Shown here: positions 26,769-37,900 of the stretch, piece after piece | Layout: each line of letters starts with the position of its first letter | Numbering within the stretch: position 1 is the first letter of the stretch | Source: Patescibacteria group bacterium | Lineage (GTDB): Bacteria > Patescibacteriota > Minisyncoccia > Minisyncoccales > JAHCRE01 | NCBI GenBank assembly: GCA_020148025.1 | Contig: JAHCRH010000003.1 | Location: 1 to 57,773, forward strand | DNA: 57,773 bases | Direction of reading: 5' to 3' | The notes under the pieces: model-generated | Databases searched by the model: none | What the model was told of the DNA's origin: nothing | What the model saw: only the letters and a program-made list of their open reading frames with translations | Translations under genes and position numbers: made by a program

Positions 26769-28235
26769 ATGGTTAAATATCAGCCAGTAATTGGCCTGGA
26801 AATTCATGTTGAATTGAATACAAAATCAAAGATGTTTTGTAGTTGTCCTAATGATCCTGATGAGCGTCATCCGAATGTTAATATATGTCCAATATGCCTT
26901 GGACACCCGGGGGTACTTCCAGTGATAAATGAAGAAGCAGTTAAAAAGGTAATAAAGACTGGTCTAGCCTTAAATTGCAAAATTCCTGAATATTCCAAAT
27001 TTGATCGAAAAAATTATTTTTATCCTGATTTGCCAAAGGGATACCAGATTTCTCAATATGATACGCCACTTTGTGAAGATGGATTTTTGATGATAAATGG
27101 AAGGAAAATTAGAGTCAAAAGAGTCCATTTAGAAGAAGATACAGGCAGATTAATTCACGAAAAAGATTATTCTTTGGTTGATTTTAACCGAGCTGGAATT
27201 CCTTTAATGGAATTGGTAACTGAACCAGATTTGAGATCAGTAAAAGAGGCTAGGAAATTTGCCGAAGAATTCCAGTTGATTTTAAGATATTTAGGTGTTT
27301 CCAATGCCGATATGGAGAAAGGACAACTTCGTGTTGAAGCGAATGTATCGCTTCAAGCGACAAGCGACAAGCGACAAGTGACAAGGGAACTGGGAACAAA
27401 AGTGGAAATTAAAAATCTAAATTCTTTTCGAGCTTTAGTAAGAGCATTAAATTATGAAATTGAAAGACAGGAAAAAATTTTAAAGGCAGGCAAAAAGGTT
27501 ATTCAGGAAACTAGGGGCTGGAATGAAATCAGAGGAGCGACTTTATCTCAGAGAGAAAAAGAGGAGGCTCATGATTATCGCTATTTTCCTGAACCAGATT
27601 TACCGCCCCTTCGTTTTACAAAAGAAGAGATTGAGAAAATTAGAGCTGAAATTCCCGAGCTTCCTCAGCAGAGAAGAAAAAGACTTAAAAAAGAATACAA
27701 ACTCAAAAATTTAGAAACCGAGTTTTTTGTTCAAAATAAAGATTTAGGAGAATATTTTGAAAAAGTGGTCAGTGAGTTTGAACCAGGACTTTCTCATGAG
27801 AAACTTTTGAAATTGATAAAATTAGCTTCAAATTATCTGATTACTGATTTACAGGGATTATTGAAAGGGGCTTCGGTTTCTGGTGAAGATTTCTTAATAA
27901 CTCCTGAAAATTTTTCTGAGTTTGTTATTTTGATTGCTGAGGAAAAAATTTCAAGTAAAATCGCCAAAATCACACTTGAGGGAATGTTTAAAACAGGAGC
28001 CGATCCCTCCCATATTATCGAAGAAAAAGAACTATCATTAATGATAGATGAAGTTGAAATTGAGAAGATTGTCAAGGAAGTCATTTCAAAAAACCAAAAA
28101 GCAGTTTTAGATTTTAAAAAAGGAAAGGAAAACGCTTTGCAATTTTTAATCGGGCAGGTGATGACAGCTACCAGAGGAAGAGCCAATCCTAAAATCGTCA
28201 GCAAGATATTGCACAAAGTCTTGAGAAAGTTATAA
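26769..28235 (+). CDS. gatB: Asp/Glu-tRNA amidotransferase subunit B
   Basis: IGLEIHVEL, FDRKNYFYPDLPKGYQISQ, HLEEDTG, DYRYFPEPDL. Confidence 0.98.
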   Translation: MVKYQPVIGLEIHVELNTKSKMFCSCPNDPDERHPNVNICPICLGHPGVLPVINEEAVKKVIKTGLALNCKIPEYSKFDRKNYFYPDLPKGYQISQYDTPLCEDGFLMINGRKIRVKRVHLEEDTGRLIHEKDYSLVDFNRAGIPLMELVTEPDLRSVKEARKFAEEFQLILRYLGVSNADMEKGQLRVEANVSLQATSDKRQVTRELGTKVEIKNLNSFRALVRALNYEIERQEKILKAGKKVIQETRGWNEIRGATLSQREKEEAHDYRYFPEPDLPPLRFTKEEIEKIRAEIPELPQQRRKRLKKEYKLKNLETEFFVQNKDLGEYFEKVVSEFEPGLSHEKLLKLIKLASNYLITDLQGLLKGASVSGEDFLITPENFSEFVILIAEEKISSKIAKITLEGMFKTGADPSHIIEEKELSLMIDEVEIEKIVKEVISKNQKAVLDFKKGKENALQFLIGQVMTATRGRANPKIVSKILHKVLRKL

Positions 28236-28272
28236 TGAAGATGGTTCCTTAAATCTTAGGGGGTGATAAGGC

Positions 28273-28686
28273 TTGAAATTGGAACCGAGAGATTTAGAGG
28301 AGGTGATGAGAGAAGTAGAGTTAATGGAAATCAGGAAAAAAAGAAGGATAGATCCTAAAATTAGGGATCTGGTAATAGGTCTTCGTCGGTGGGGTATAAA
28401 TACTGGGATGTCCTGTCAGGGTGATTATGAGAGATTTCCATTTCCCTGGATAGATATTTCTTCCAAAGATACACGGAAACTACTTGCGATATGCGGCTGG
28501 TATAACGTCCAGAAAAGACCATTTCTAGAGACAATCAAATGGGTGATACTACCAATGACCTGGCCCTCAGGAAAGATATCTATTCGATTGGTGCCAAGAG
28601 GAGAAGAGTCCTTGGAAAAACTTCAGGAAAGTGCTATTGAGTTCGGTAAGTTCTTGCAAAAACTTCCTGAACTTCCCCTTTTTTAA
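28273..28686 (+). CDS. Hypothetical protein
   Basis: 137 aa ORF with GGGGTG RBS, IDPKIRDLV..GINTGMSCQG motif and terminator; start uncertain. Confidence 0.7.
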   Translation: MKLEPRDLEEVMREVELMEIRKKRRIDPKIRDLVIGLRRWGINTGMSCQGDYERFPFPWIDISSKDTRKLLAICGWYNVQKRPFLETIKWVILPMTWPSGKISIRLVPRGEESLEKLQESAIEFGKFLQKLPELPLF

Positions 28687-28803
28687 AAAAAGAGCCAGTT
28701 TTCAAACTGCTCTCTTTTTATTGCGGAATTTGGATATTCCTCTTGACAAACTAAATGCAGTTGCTATAATAGGAACACGAATAAAAAGGAGGTGAATGAC
28801 TAT

Positions 28804-28950
28804 ATGAGTAGCGATTGGTGGATACCTTTGGTGCAACTTGCTGTCGGCGTGTGGACGATGGTTGTCGCTCCGATACTTGCTTTCCAATGGATGAAGGGAT
28901 ACAACGACAGTAAGAGAATAAAGGCAAAAAACGACAACGACAAGAGCTAA
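28804..28950 (+). CDS. Small single-TM protein, 48 aa (MSSDWWIPLVQLAVGVWTMVVAPILAFQWMKG...)
   Basis: TTGACA..TATAAT promoter at 28743-28770, AAAGGAGGTGA RBS, manual translation. Confidence 0.7.
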   Translation: MSSDWWIPLVQLAVGVWTMVVAPILAFQWMKGYNDSKRIKAKNDNDKS

Positions 28951-29089
28951 GCAGCAAACTACGGAAATAAGAAGAAAATGGGACGAAGAGAGAAAGGAGA
29001 AGTCTCTTTTCGCTTTAGAGAGATACGTTAAAGTATCTGTTTTCACCTCCGATAATAGTTCTTTAAGGAAGGAACGCTTTACCTTCCTT

Positions 29090-30037
29090 TTAATTTTGAA
29101 GAAATTTCCTTGCTAATTTTTCTGCTCTTTGATAATTTCTTACCCAATGAATTCTTTTGCCTCTTTTAAACCAGGTTATTTGTCTTTTGGCAAGTTGTAA
29201 TGTGTGAAGTATGATTTTTTCTCTTAATTCTTTTTCATTAATTTTTTTGTTGAAATATTCCTGCCATTCCTGATATCCAATTGTTTGCATTGAGGAGATA
29301 TTCCAACCATATTTTTCAACTAAATCTTTCACCTCTTTTTCCAGACCTAATTTAAACATTCTTTTTACTCTTTTCTCAATTCTCTTTTTTAATTCAGTTT
29401 TTGGCAGTTTTATTCCAATCTGCAAAATATCAAAAAAAGGTTCCCCCTTTTTTCTTTGTTGCCAGAATGGTTTTTTTGTAGCTTTACAAACCTCAATTGC
29501 TCTAATTAACCTCCTCTTATTTTCTTTATCAATAAATTTAGCACCAAGAGAATCTAATTTTTTATAAATTTTGAATAACTCTTCATTACTTTTTTTCTCC
29601 AATTTTTCTCTTAACTCCTTTTTAGCAGGAACTCTCGGGAAATCAATATTATCAACAATTGCTTGAATATAAAGACCGGTTCCTCCAACCAAAAATGGCA
29701 ATTTCCCTCGCTCTTGAATATTTTTAATAGCTTTTATTGCCAATTTTTTATAAATCGCCACATTAAACTCTTCATCAGGATTAACGATGTCTATCATGTA
29801 GTGGGGGACACCTTTAGCTATATATCCTTGTCTCTTGTCTCTTGTCTCTTGTTGCCTTGGTGGCTTCGCCGTTCCGATGTCCATTTCTCTATAAACTTGT
29901 CTTGAATCAGCCGAAAGAATCTCACCATTGAATTTTTTGGCCAATTTAATTGCCAATTCTGTTTTTCCAATAGCGGTGGGACCCAAAACGACAATTAATT
30001 TAGTTAATTTTTGAGAAATCAACTTAAAATTTGACAT
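29090..30037 (-). CDS. miaA: tRNA dimethylallyltransferase
   Basis: GPTAIGKT, DSRQVY, IGTAKP, VGGTGLY, AKRQITWF. Confidence 0.97.
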   Translation of the reverse strand: MSNFKLISQKLTKLIVVLGPTAIGKTELAIKLAKKFNGEILSADSRQVYREMDIGTAKPPRQQETRDKRQGYIAKGVPHYMIDIVNPDEEFNVAIYKKLAIKAIKNIQERGKLPFLVGGTGLYIQAIVDNIDFPRVPAKKELREKLEKKSNEELFKIYKKLDSLGAKFIDKENKRRLIRAIEVCKATKKPFWQQRKKGEPFFDILQIGIKLPKTELKKRIEKRVKRMFKLGLEKEVKDLVEKYGWNISSMQTIGYQEWQEYFNKKINEKELREKIILHTLQLAKRQITWFKRGKRIHWVRNYQRAEKLARKFLQN

Positions 30038-30095
30038 GGTATCTGTTTTAAGCTATTATAACATGGCTATTTAAGTTAAAAGGAGGGAAAGTAAA

Positions 30096-30311
30096 TTGGG
30101 AGTCCTTAATAGATTTAAGGAGAAAAAGAAGAAAGGAGAGGTGAAGCAAGAAAACGTAAAGGAAGAAGAGAAAACAGAAGTTCTTATGAGCCAAGGAAAG
30201 AAAGAGAAATGTAAGAAATGTGGGAAGAGGGATGCTACAGAAGAAGATGGCCTATGTGATCCTTGCAGATTTTTGGCAGTTTTAAACACGATGACAGAGA
30301 AAAAAGGGTAA
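30096..30311 (+). CDS. Small putative Zn-binding protein
   Basis: AGGAGG RBS before TTG; CKKC..CDPC; hairpin terminator at about 30338-30368. Confidence 0.6.
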   Translation: MGVLNRFKEKKKKGEVKQENVKEEEKTEVLMSQGKKEKCKKCGKRDATEEDGLCDPCRFLAVLNTMTEKKG

Positions 30312-30371
30312 TGATTGATGCAATAGCGATAAACTAGAGCCTTAGCTTGCAAAACTAAGGCTTCTTTTTAT

Positions 30372-31718
30372 TTATATTAAGATTCCTCTTAATCCCCAAG
30401 GGAGAGCATCGATGATTTTCACTTTGGCAAATTGACCTGGTTTGATTGTTAATTGCCGATTGTTAATTGTTGATTGAACTTTAACTGTCTTATAGGTCCG
30501 TGTTTTACCTAAAAATATTCGTGATTCATTATTCATGATTCGTGATTCATTCACTAGAACTTCAACTTCTTTTCCAATATATTTTTTATTTTTTTCTAGA
30601 GTAGCTTCTTTTAAAATTTCGGTTAAAGTTTTCCACCTTCTCTTTTTTTCTTGAGGCGGGACATCATCTTTAAACTTTGCTGCGGTAGTGCCAGCTCGAG
30701 GAGAATATCTGGCAATATAAGCCATATCAAACCTTATTTCTTTAAAAAGTTTTGCTGTATTTTGAAATTGTTTTTCAGTTTCTCCTGGAAAACCAACAAT
30801 AACATCAGTAGATAAAGAAATTTCAGGAATTTTTTTTCTAATTTTTTTGACTATGTTTTTATATTGCTCAATTATATAAGGCCTGTTCATTCTTTTTAAA
30901 ATCTCATTATCGCCTGATTGGACAGGTAGATTTAAATACTCAGTCACTTTTTCACATTTAGCCATTACATTAATTAATTCATCAGAGAAATCCCTTGGAT
31001 GAGAAGAGGTAAAACGAATCCAAAAATTGCCTTCAATATCATCTACCATCTTTAGAAGCTTTGGGAAATTAACTTCCTTGTCGCTTGTCGCTTGTTGCTT
31101 GTCGCTGAGATAGCTATTAACGTTTTGGCCAAGAAGCCAAATTTCTTTAAAACCTCTCTTTATTAGATTTTTTATTTCAGATAAGATCTCTTCAGCAGGT
31201 CTTGAAATTTCTGGCCCCCTTACATAAGGAACAACACAAAATGAGCAAAAATTGTTACATCCGGTCATAATTGGAACATAAGCTGAAAAATTATTTGAGT
31301 ATTTTTGTTTTTCTTTTAAATAATAGGCATTGAATTTCTCATTAAATTTTTCTTCTCTTGGATTCGGATAGTAAAAATATTGCGCTTTTTTCAAAAATTT
31401 CGGCCAATAAAAAAGGACTTTGATCGGTAAAATAAAATCAAATTTGTTTTTGAATTTTTTAAGATCGGATTTTAAAATACATCCTGTTAAAATAGTTTGT
31501 AGTTTGTAGTTTGTAGTTTGTAGTTTTTTGAATTTTGGTAAAAGTCCATAGACTCTATCAACTGCTGATTGTCTGACAGAGCACATATTGACCAAAATTA
31601 AATCTGCCTCATTAATTTTTAAAGCTTTTTCATAATTCATTTTCTCTAAAACTGCAGCAATTCTTTCAGAATCGCTTCTATTCATTTGACATCCGTAAGT
31701 TATAATAAAATAATTCAT
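30372..31718 (-). CDS. miaB: tRNA-2-methylthio-N6-dimethylallyladenosine synthase
   Basis: TYGCQMN, radical SAM motif CNNFCSFC, DVIVGFPGET, TRAM domain. Confidence 0.95.
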   Translation of the reverse strand: MNYFIITYGCQMNRSDSERIAAVLEKMNYEKALKINEADLILVNMCSVRQSAVDRVYGLLPKFKKLQTTNYKLQTILTGCILKSDLKKFKNKFDFILPIKVLFYWPKFLKKAQYFYYPNPREEKFNEKFNAYYLKEKQKYSNNFSAYVPIMTGCNNFCSFCVVPYVRGPEISRPAEEILSEIKNLIKRGFKEIWLLGQNVNSYLSDKQQATSDKEVNFPKLLKMVDDIEGNFWIRFTSSHPRDFSDELINVMAKCEKVTEYLNLPVQSGDNEILKRMNRPYIIEQYKNIVKKIRKKIPEISLSTDVIVGFPGETEKQFQNTAKLFKEIRFDMAYIARYSPRAGTTAAKFKDDVPPQEKKRRWKTLTEILKEATLEKNKKYIGKEVEVLVNESRIMNNESRIFLGKTRTYKTVKVQSTINNRQLTIKPGQFAKVKIIDALPWGLRGILI

Positions 31719-31807
31719 ACCCCTTATTTCAGTTTTTTTATCTATTTCAATTCAAAGCCCCACCGAAGCGGGGCTTTCAGGTCAAATCTTCAGAGAATCA
31801 ATCAAAT

Positions 31808-33163
31808 TTAAGGTGCCGCTTGAATTTGACACTTTCCCCCTATACACTTAGCTTTCACGTTGATACATCTAGCACTTATAGTGCCTGCCGGACCACATCT
31901 CGGTTGGGGACAGTCGGCATCAGTTGTACATTCCGCTTCTTTACATTTTCCTTTATAAGCAATTTCTGCACCGGCTAATTTAGCAAAGCAGGCATTGGAA
32001 TAGGTTTTCCCGTCTTTACTGCAAACTGGATCCCATAAAGTGATACAAACCGCTGGTTCTTCTGGTTTGGGAGAAATTTCGATGTCAGCTGGAATTACGC
32101 ACTCAAAAGAAACTATACAACCTCTGTCATCTCTTTTGATTATAATTCTTCCTTCTTCACAAAAATCAGGAGCTGGTTTTTCTATTTCTGGGCAATTTAA
32201 TTTTCTAACTCTTTCTTCAGCTTTTTCTATAATTCTTTCCCTGACTTCTGTCACTATTCTTTCTCTGATTTCAGGTTGTCCCTTTAATTCTGATTTGAGA
32301 TTTTCCATGATTTCCAGATGTTTTTCTTCTTCACCCGAGATTTTATCTAAATACTCCTTAAATCTTTCTTGGTCTTCTGAAGACATCTGTTCCAAATCTC
32401 CTTTTAATCTTTTTAAAGAATTTTCCTGAGCTTTTCTTATTGCTTCTTTGGCTTCCTCTGGAACTTTTTCTTCTAATTCCAATAAGATTTCTAAATTCTT
32501 GAAATTTTTGTATTTTGAGCCCTTTTGATTCTCTAGAGTTTCATCTAATTTTTCAGTGATTTTTTCTTTTCTACCCTCCAATTTAAGCATGACATCTTGA
32601 AATCTCTCCAAATGTCTCTCCCTAACTTGTTTTATTTGCCCAAAGTTTTCGGTTCGAACCTGATTTTCTAATCGAGCGAGGAGTTTTTGGTGTAGAGTCT
32701 GTTGATGCAAGAATTTATCTAAGAATTTCTCCACCTCTGGATTTTCCCTTGCTTTTTCTTGGATTCTATCGGCTCGGTTTTTAATTCTTTCTATTTCTTC
32801 TTGGTAATTTTCTATTCCCTCTTCAACAATCTCTGGATTTTTCTTTAGTGCAATTAATTTTTTTACCTCCATTAATTTTTCATTGGAAAATTTTAATCTG
32901 AGTTCAGCTTTAGTAACCGGACGGAAAGCAAAAAATAATCTAATGGATCTTGCCCAATTTTTCAGGAAATATAAAGGATGACCCGGTAAGAATGTAGGTT
33001 CGCCAACTTCAAGATCTTCGGGTTGGACATCTTCATCGAGCTCTATTGCTTCAATTACCTCGGGTGATATTTCTCCAGCAGGTTCGGTTTCCTGAGCTAA
33101 TGCAAACATTCCAAACCCAAAGAGAACCAATATTATCAGAGAAATTTTTATTGATTTTGACAT
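31808..33163 (-). CDS. Secreted protein with DUF5667-like helical domain and Kazal-type domain
   Basis: Signal peptide, LPGHPLYFLK, CITLWDPVCSKDGKTYSNAC. Confidence 0.75.
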   Translation of the reverse strand: MSKSIKISLIILVLFGFGMFALAQETEPAGEISPEVIEAIELDEDVQPEDLEVGEPTFLPGHPLYFLKNWARSIRLFFAFRPVTKAELRLKFSNEKLMEVKKLIALKKNPEIVEEGIENYQEEIERIKNRADRIQEKARENPEVEKFLDKFLHQQTLHQKLLARLENQVRTENFGQIKQVRERHLERFQDVMLKLEGRKEKITEKLDETLENQKGSKYKNFKNLEILLELEEKVPEEAKEAIRKAQENSLKRLKGDLEQMSSEDQERFKEYLDKISGEEEKHLEIMENLKSELKGQPEIRERIVTEVRERIIEKAEERVRKLNCPEIEKPAPDFCEEGRIIIKRDDRGCIVSFECVIPADIEISPKPEEPAVCITLWDPVCSKDGKTYSNACFAKLAGAEIAYKGKCKEAECTTDADCPQPRCGPAGTISARCINVKAKCIGGKCQIQAAP

Positions 33164-33201
33164 AATTTTATTTTAATTTTTGAGATTTTTTATTTCGATC
33201 T

Positions 33202-34953
33202 TTATTTTTTCTTTTTAACTTCATTTTTTATTTTCTCCAAAAACTTGTCAAGTTTTATTGGACCTATATCTCCTTTTTTCCTTTCTCTAACCCTGACTGA
33301 TTTTGTTTTCATTTCTTTGTCGCCAACAACTAAAAGATAAGGTATTTTTTGCAGCTCGCCCTCTCGAATCTTTTTTGAAACAGTTTCGGCTTTATCTTTT
33401 ACCTCAACTCGAAATCCCTTGTCCGAGAACAGTTCTCGGACAGATTGGGCATATTTTCGATGTCTTGATCCTACCGGAATAATCCAGATTTGTTCTGACG
33501 ATAACCAAAGAGGTAAAGCTCCAGCATAATTTTCTAAAAGGCATCCAAAAAATCTTTCCAATGAACCTAAAACTGTTCGATGAACCATAATTACCCTTTG
33601 TTTTTTACCTTTTTTGTTAATATAGTTTAAATCAAATTTCTCTGGGAAATTGAAATCAACTTGAATTGTTGGTCCTTGCCAAGTTCTTCCTAAACTATCA
33701 ATTAGATGAATATCAATTTTGGGCCCGTAGAAAACAGCTTCACCAATAGCTTTTTTGTATTTCAATTTAGATTCTTTAAGGGCATAAATTAAGGCATTTT
33801 CAGCTTTTCTCCAAATTTTACCTGTTCCTAAATATTTTTCTTTTTCTGTTGGGTCTCTCAAAGATAGATCAATTTTATATTCTTTGAAGCCAAAGGCCCT
33901 TAGCATAAAGATTGAAAGATCTAGAACTCCCTTTATTTCTTCCACTAACTTCTCTGGTTGACAAAAAATATGAGCATCGTCTTGAGTTAAACCCCTGACC
34001 CTCATCAATCCATGGAGAACACCCCCTTTTTCGTAGCGATAGACAGTTCCAAGCTCCCATAGTCTTAAAGGTAAATCTCTATAAGATCTAATTTTTGATT
34101 TGTAAATTTGGCAATGGAAAGGACAGTTCATTGGTTTCAAAAGATATTTTTCTCCCTTCATTTCAATGGGGGAGTACATATTCTCTCTATAAAATTCCCA
34201 ATGACCTGATTTTTTCCATAAATCTAATTTTCCGATGTGGGGAGTAGAAACTAATTGATAGCCTCTTTTTCTGTGCTCTTCTTTCCAGAAATTTTCAATA
34301 ATTTCTCTGACGATAGAACCTTTTGGCTGCCATAAAATTAAACCCGGTCCTATTTCCTCACTTTGACTAAAAAGTTCTAAATCCCGTCCCAATTTCCGAT
34401 GGTCTCTTTTTTCTGCCTCTTCCAAAAAGAAAAGATGTCTTTCCAATTCCTTTTTAGTTTTAAAGGCCACTCCGTAAATTCGCTGTAACATTGGATTTTT
34501 CTCATCACCTCGCCAATAGGCGCCGGCAATCCTAGTTAATTTGAAAGCATCTATAACTTCTTTTGCTTGCCCTGAACGGAGTTGAAGGGTTGAGCGAACA
34601 TGAGGACCCTTACAAAAGTCAACAAAATCGCCTACCTGATAAACTGACAGAGGCCCGTCCTCTGGCAATTCTGCGATAAGTTCTAATTTATAGGGTTGAT
34701 TTTTGAAGATTTTTTTGGCTTCTTCTTTGGAAATTATTTTTTTCTTAAACTTAATCTCTTTTTTAATTAATTCTTTCATTTTTTTTTCGATTTTGGGTAA
34801 ATCTAAAGGAGCTAAGCTCCTTTTTAGATCGAAGTCGTAGTAGAATCCCTTTTCAATTGCCGGTCCAATACCAAATTTAGTTCCAGGGAAAAGTTCCTGA
34901 ACAGCATAAGCCATAATATGAGCTAAAGAATGACGAATGGTTTCAATTTTCAT
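33202..34953 (-). CDS. thrS: Threonine-tRNA ligase
   Basis: RHSLAH, CKGPHV, RDHRKLG, KPMNCPFH, FYGPKID. Confidence 0.98.
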   Translation of the reverse strand: MKIETIRHSLAHIMAYAVQELFPGTKFGIGPAIEKGFYYDFDLKRSLAPLDLPKIEKKMKELIKKEIKFKKKIISKEEAKKIFKNQPYKLELIAELPEDGPLSVYQVGDFVDFCKGPHVRSTLQLRSGQAKEVIDAFKLTRIAGAYWRGDEKNPMLQRIYGVAFKTKKELERHLFFLEEAEKRDHRKLGRDLELFSQSEEIGPGLILWQPKGSIVREIIENFWKEEHRKRGYQLVSTPHIGKLDLWKKSGHWEFYRENMYSPIEMKGEKYLLKPMNCPFHCQIYKSKIRSYRDLPLRLWELGTVYRYEKGGVLHGLMRVRGLTQDDAHIFCQPEKLVEEIKGVLDLSIFMLRAFGFKEYKIDLSLRDPTEKEKYLGTGKIWRKAENALIYALKESKLKYKKAIGEAVFYGPKIDIHLIDSLGRTWQGPTIQVDFNFPEKFDLNYINKKGKKQRVIMVHRTVLGSLERFFGCLLENYAGALPLWLSSEQIWIIPVGSRHRKYAQSVRELFSDKGFRVEVKDKAETVSKKIREGELQKIPYLLVVGDKEMKTKSVRVRERKKGDIGPIKLDKFLEKIKNEVKKKK

Positions 34954-34997
34954 AAAATTCTAAATCCTTATTTTGTTTAGAGCTTAGGATTTCGTGC

Positions 34998-37900
34998 TTA
35001 GGATTTCTCTAGGATTTCTTCGATATCATCTGCAATCATTTTTGGTACTCCGTCTCGATTATTAATCCGACCTTCGACAAAAACAATTTTATTTTCCTGA
35101 AAAACAGAGGGATTTCTCTCAATCACTCCCGGAAAAACAACAATTTCTATTTTGTCAGTTAAATCTTCCAAGTTCATAAAAAGCATTGGTTTGCCGTTTC
35201 TGGTAATAATTCTTTTAATTTTTGAAATAATTCCTCCGATCCTAATTTGATGATTGGTAAAAGTAGAACCCAGCTCAGAAATTTTCATTGCTTTTTTTTC
35301 TAAAATTTTCCTAAAATCTTCTAAAGGATGAGAACTAATGAAAAGACCCAAAAGTTCTTTTTCCCAAGCTAATTTTTCACTTTTACTAACAGGCTTAGTC
35401 TTCTGAAGACGAATTGTATTCTTGAATTTCATTCCATCAAAAAGCCCTTTTTGACCTGCTATTTTTATTCTGTGATTTTCTCGATTCAATTCTAAAAGTC
35501 TTTCCAAATTGAATAAAAGTTGATTTCTTTCAGTAAATTTATCAAAAACCCCAGATTTAATTAAACTTTCCAAAGATTTTTTATTTAAAGTTTTGGAATC
35601 AATTCTGGAGAGAAAACCATCAAGTGATTTATAAGGACCCTTTGCTTTTCTTTCCGAAATAATTGATTCAACAACATTCTGTCCTACATTTTTAATTGCT
35701 AATAATCCAAAACGAATCTTTCTCGCCTTTGGTATCACTGAAAAGTTCCTGAAACTCTCATTTATATCTGGGGGCAAAACTTCAATTCCCATTTTTTTGC
35801 ACTCTTTAATCAAAAAGCCAATTCTTTCAGTATCTGCTTTTTCAGAAGTTAAAAGTGCGGCCATAAATTCTATCGGGAAATGGGCTTTCAAGTATGCTGT
35901 TTGATAAGCAATAGTGGCATAAGAACAACTGTGAGCTCTGTTAAATCCATAACGAGCAAAAGGTAAAATCCAATTCCAGATCTTAAGAGCCACCTCTTTA
36001 TTTGCCCCCTGATTAATCATTCCTTTAATAAATTTTTCTTTTTGCGAGAGCAACAAACTTTTTATCTTTTTACCAATCGCTTTTCTTAAAACATCGGCTT
36101 CAGATAGCGAAAATCCTGCTAATTTTTGGGCAATCTGCATTAACTGCTCCTGATAAATACAAACTCCGTAGGTCGTTTCTAAAATTGGTTTTAGTTCAGG
36201 ATGTAAATATTCAATTTTTTTCTTTTTCTGTTTTCCTGCTATATAATCAGGAATAAATTGGATTGGCCCTGGTCGATAAAGGGCTACCATGGCAATAATA
36301 TCTTCAAGTTCTGTTGGCTTTAATTGTTTTAAATATCTTCGCATCCCTTCTGATTCCAGTTGAAAAACGCCGATTGTTTCTGCTTTTTGGAAAAGCTTGA
36401 AAGCCTCCTTATCATCTAAAGGAATATTTTCAATATCAATTTTTTTATTTTGAACCTTATAAATTCGAACCAGGGTGTCTTCGATAATAGTTAAATTCTT
36501 CAATCCCAGAAGGTCTATTTTTAGAAGTCCCAAATCTTCGATAGAATGCATTTCATATTGGGTGACAACAGCCTCATCGTCTTGGGTGGGGTGTTGTAGA
36601 GGTACAATATTATCCAGAGGTGTGGTTGAAATTACTATTCCACAAGCATGAGTGGAGGCATGACGAGCAACTCCTTCCAGTTTTTTGGCAAAATCAATTA
36701 GTTTTCTCGCCTTCTCATCAGTTTCATAAATTTGACGAAATTCACTGATTGTTTCTAAAGTTTTATCTAAGGTAAAACCAAAGGGAATCGTCTTGGCAAT
36801 TTTGTCACAGTAACTATAACTATATCCTTGAGCCCTTCCTACATCTCTTATTACTGCCCTGGAAGCCATTGTCCCAAAAGTAATAATCTGGGCTACTTTA
36901 TCTTGGCCATATTTTTGAATAATATAATTTATTACCTCCTCTCTTCTTCTATCTGTAAAGTCAAGGTCAATATCTGGAGGAGAAACTCGGGAGCTGGTTA
37001 GAAACCTTTCAAACAAGAGGTTATATTTTAGAGGGTCAACATTGGTAATTCCTAATGAATAGGCAACAAGGGAACCGGCTACGCTCCCTCGACCTGGACC
37101 CACAACAATCCGATTTTTCTTTGCCCAATTAACAAAGTCTTGGACAATCAAAAAATAGGAGGCGAAACCAGTTTCTTTAATCACTGAGAGTTCGTATTTC
37201 AGTCTCTCTAAAATCTCTTTTTTTGGGGGTGAACTATATCTCTCTTCCAATCTTTTTAAACAGAGTTCTTTTAAAAATTCATCGGGACTTTTTTGAGAAA
37301 GGACAGGAAATTCTGGAAGTTTAATTTCGTCTAATTTGAATCGAAAATTACACAAATTGGCGATTTTTTGAGTGTTTGTAGTAGCTTCAGGTAAATCTTT
37401 GAAATCACTCTCCATTTCCTGAGGACTTCTCATTGAAAAATCATCAGCCTTTAAAGTGAGTCTTTCGGGATCATTTGGGTCAGCTCCAGTATTAATCAAC
37501 ATTAAAATATCCTGAGCTTCAGCATCCTCTGGTCTTAGATAATGGATGTCATTGGTAGCAACTAAAGGTATACCCAATTTCTTTGAAATTGAAATTGAAA
37601 CCTGATTAACAATTTTTTGCTCTTTAATATTGGGGTGATGTTGAACTTCCAAATAAAAACTATCTTTTCCAAAAATTTCTTGATATTTTAAAGCCAGTTT
37701 TTTAGCCTCTTCAATTTTTTTAGCCAAAATTAATTTCGGAATTTTTCCCTGCAGACACCCTGAAAGACAGATTAAACCTGAACTGCACTCTGCCAGTAAT
37801 TTCTCATCAATTCTCGGTTTATAATAGAACCCCCCCAAGTGAGCTTTAGTTATTAATTTGACCAAATTTTTGTAGCCTTGTTCATTTTTTACTAAGAGGA

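Noticed and set aside
28702-29046. Minus-strand 114 aa and 68 aa ORFs
   Set aside because: Promoter and SD support the 48 aa plus-strand ORF instead
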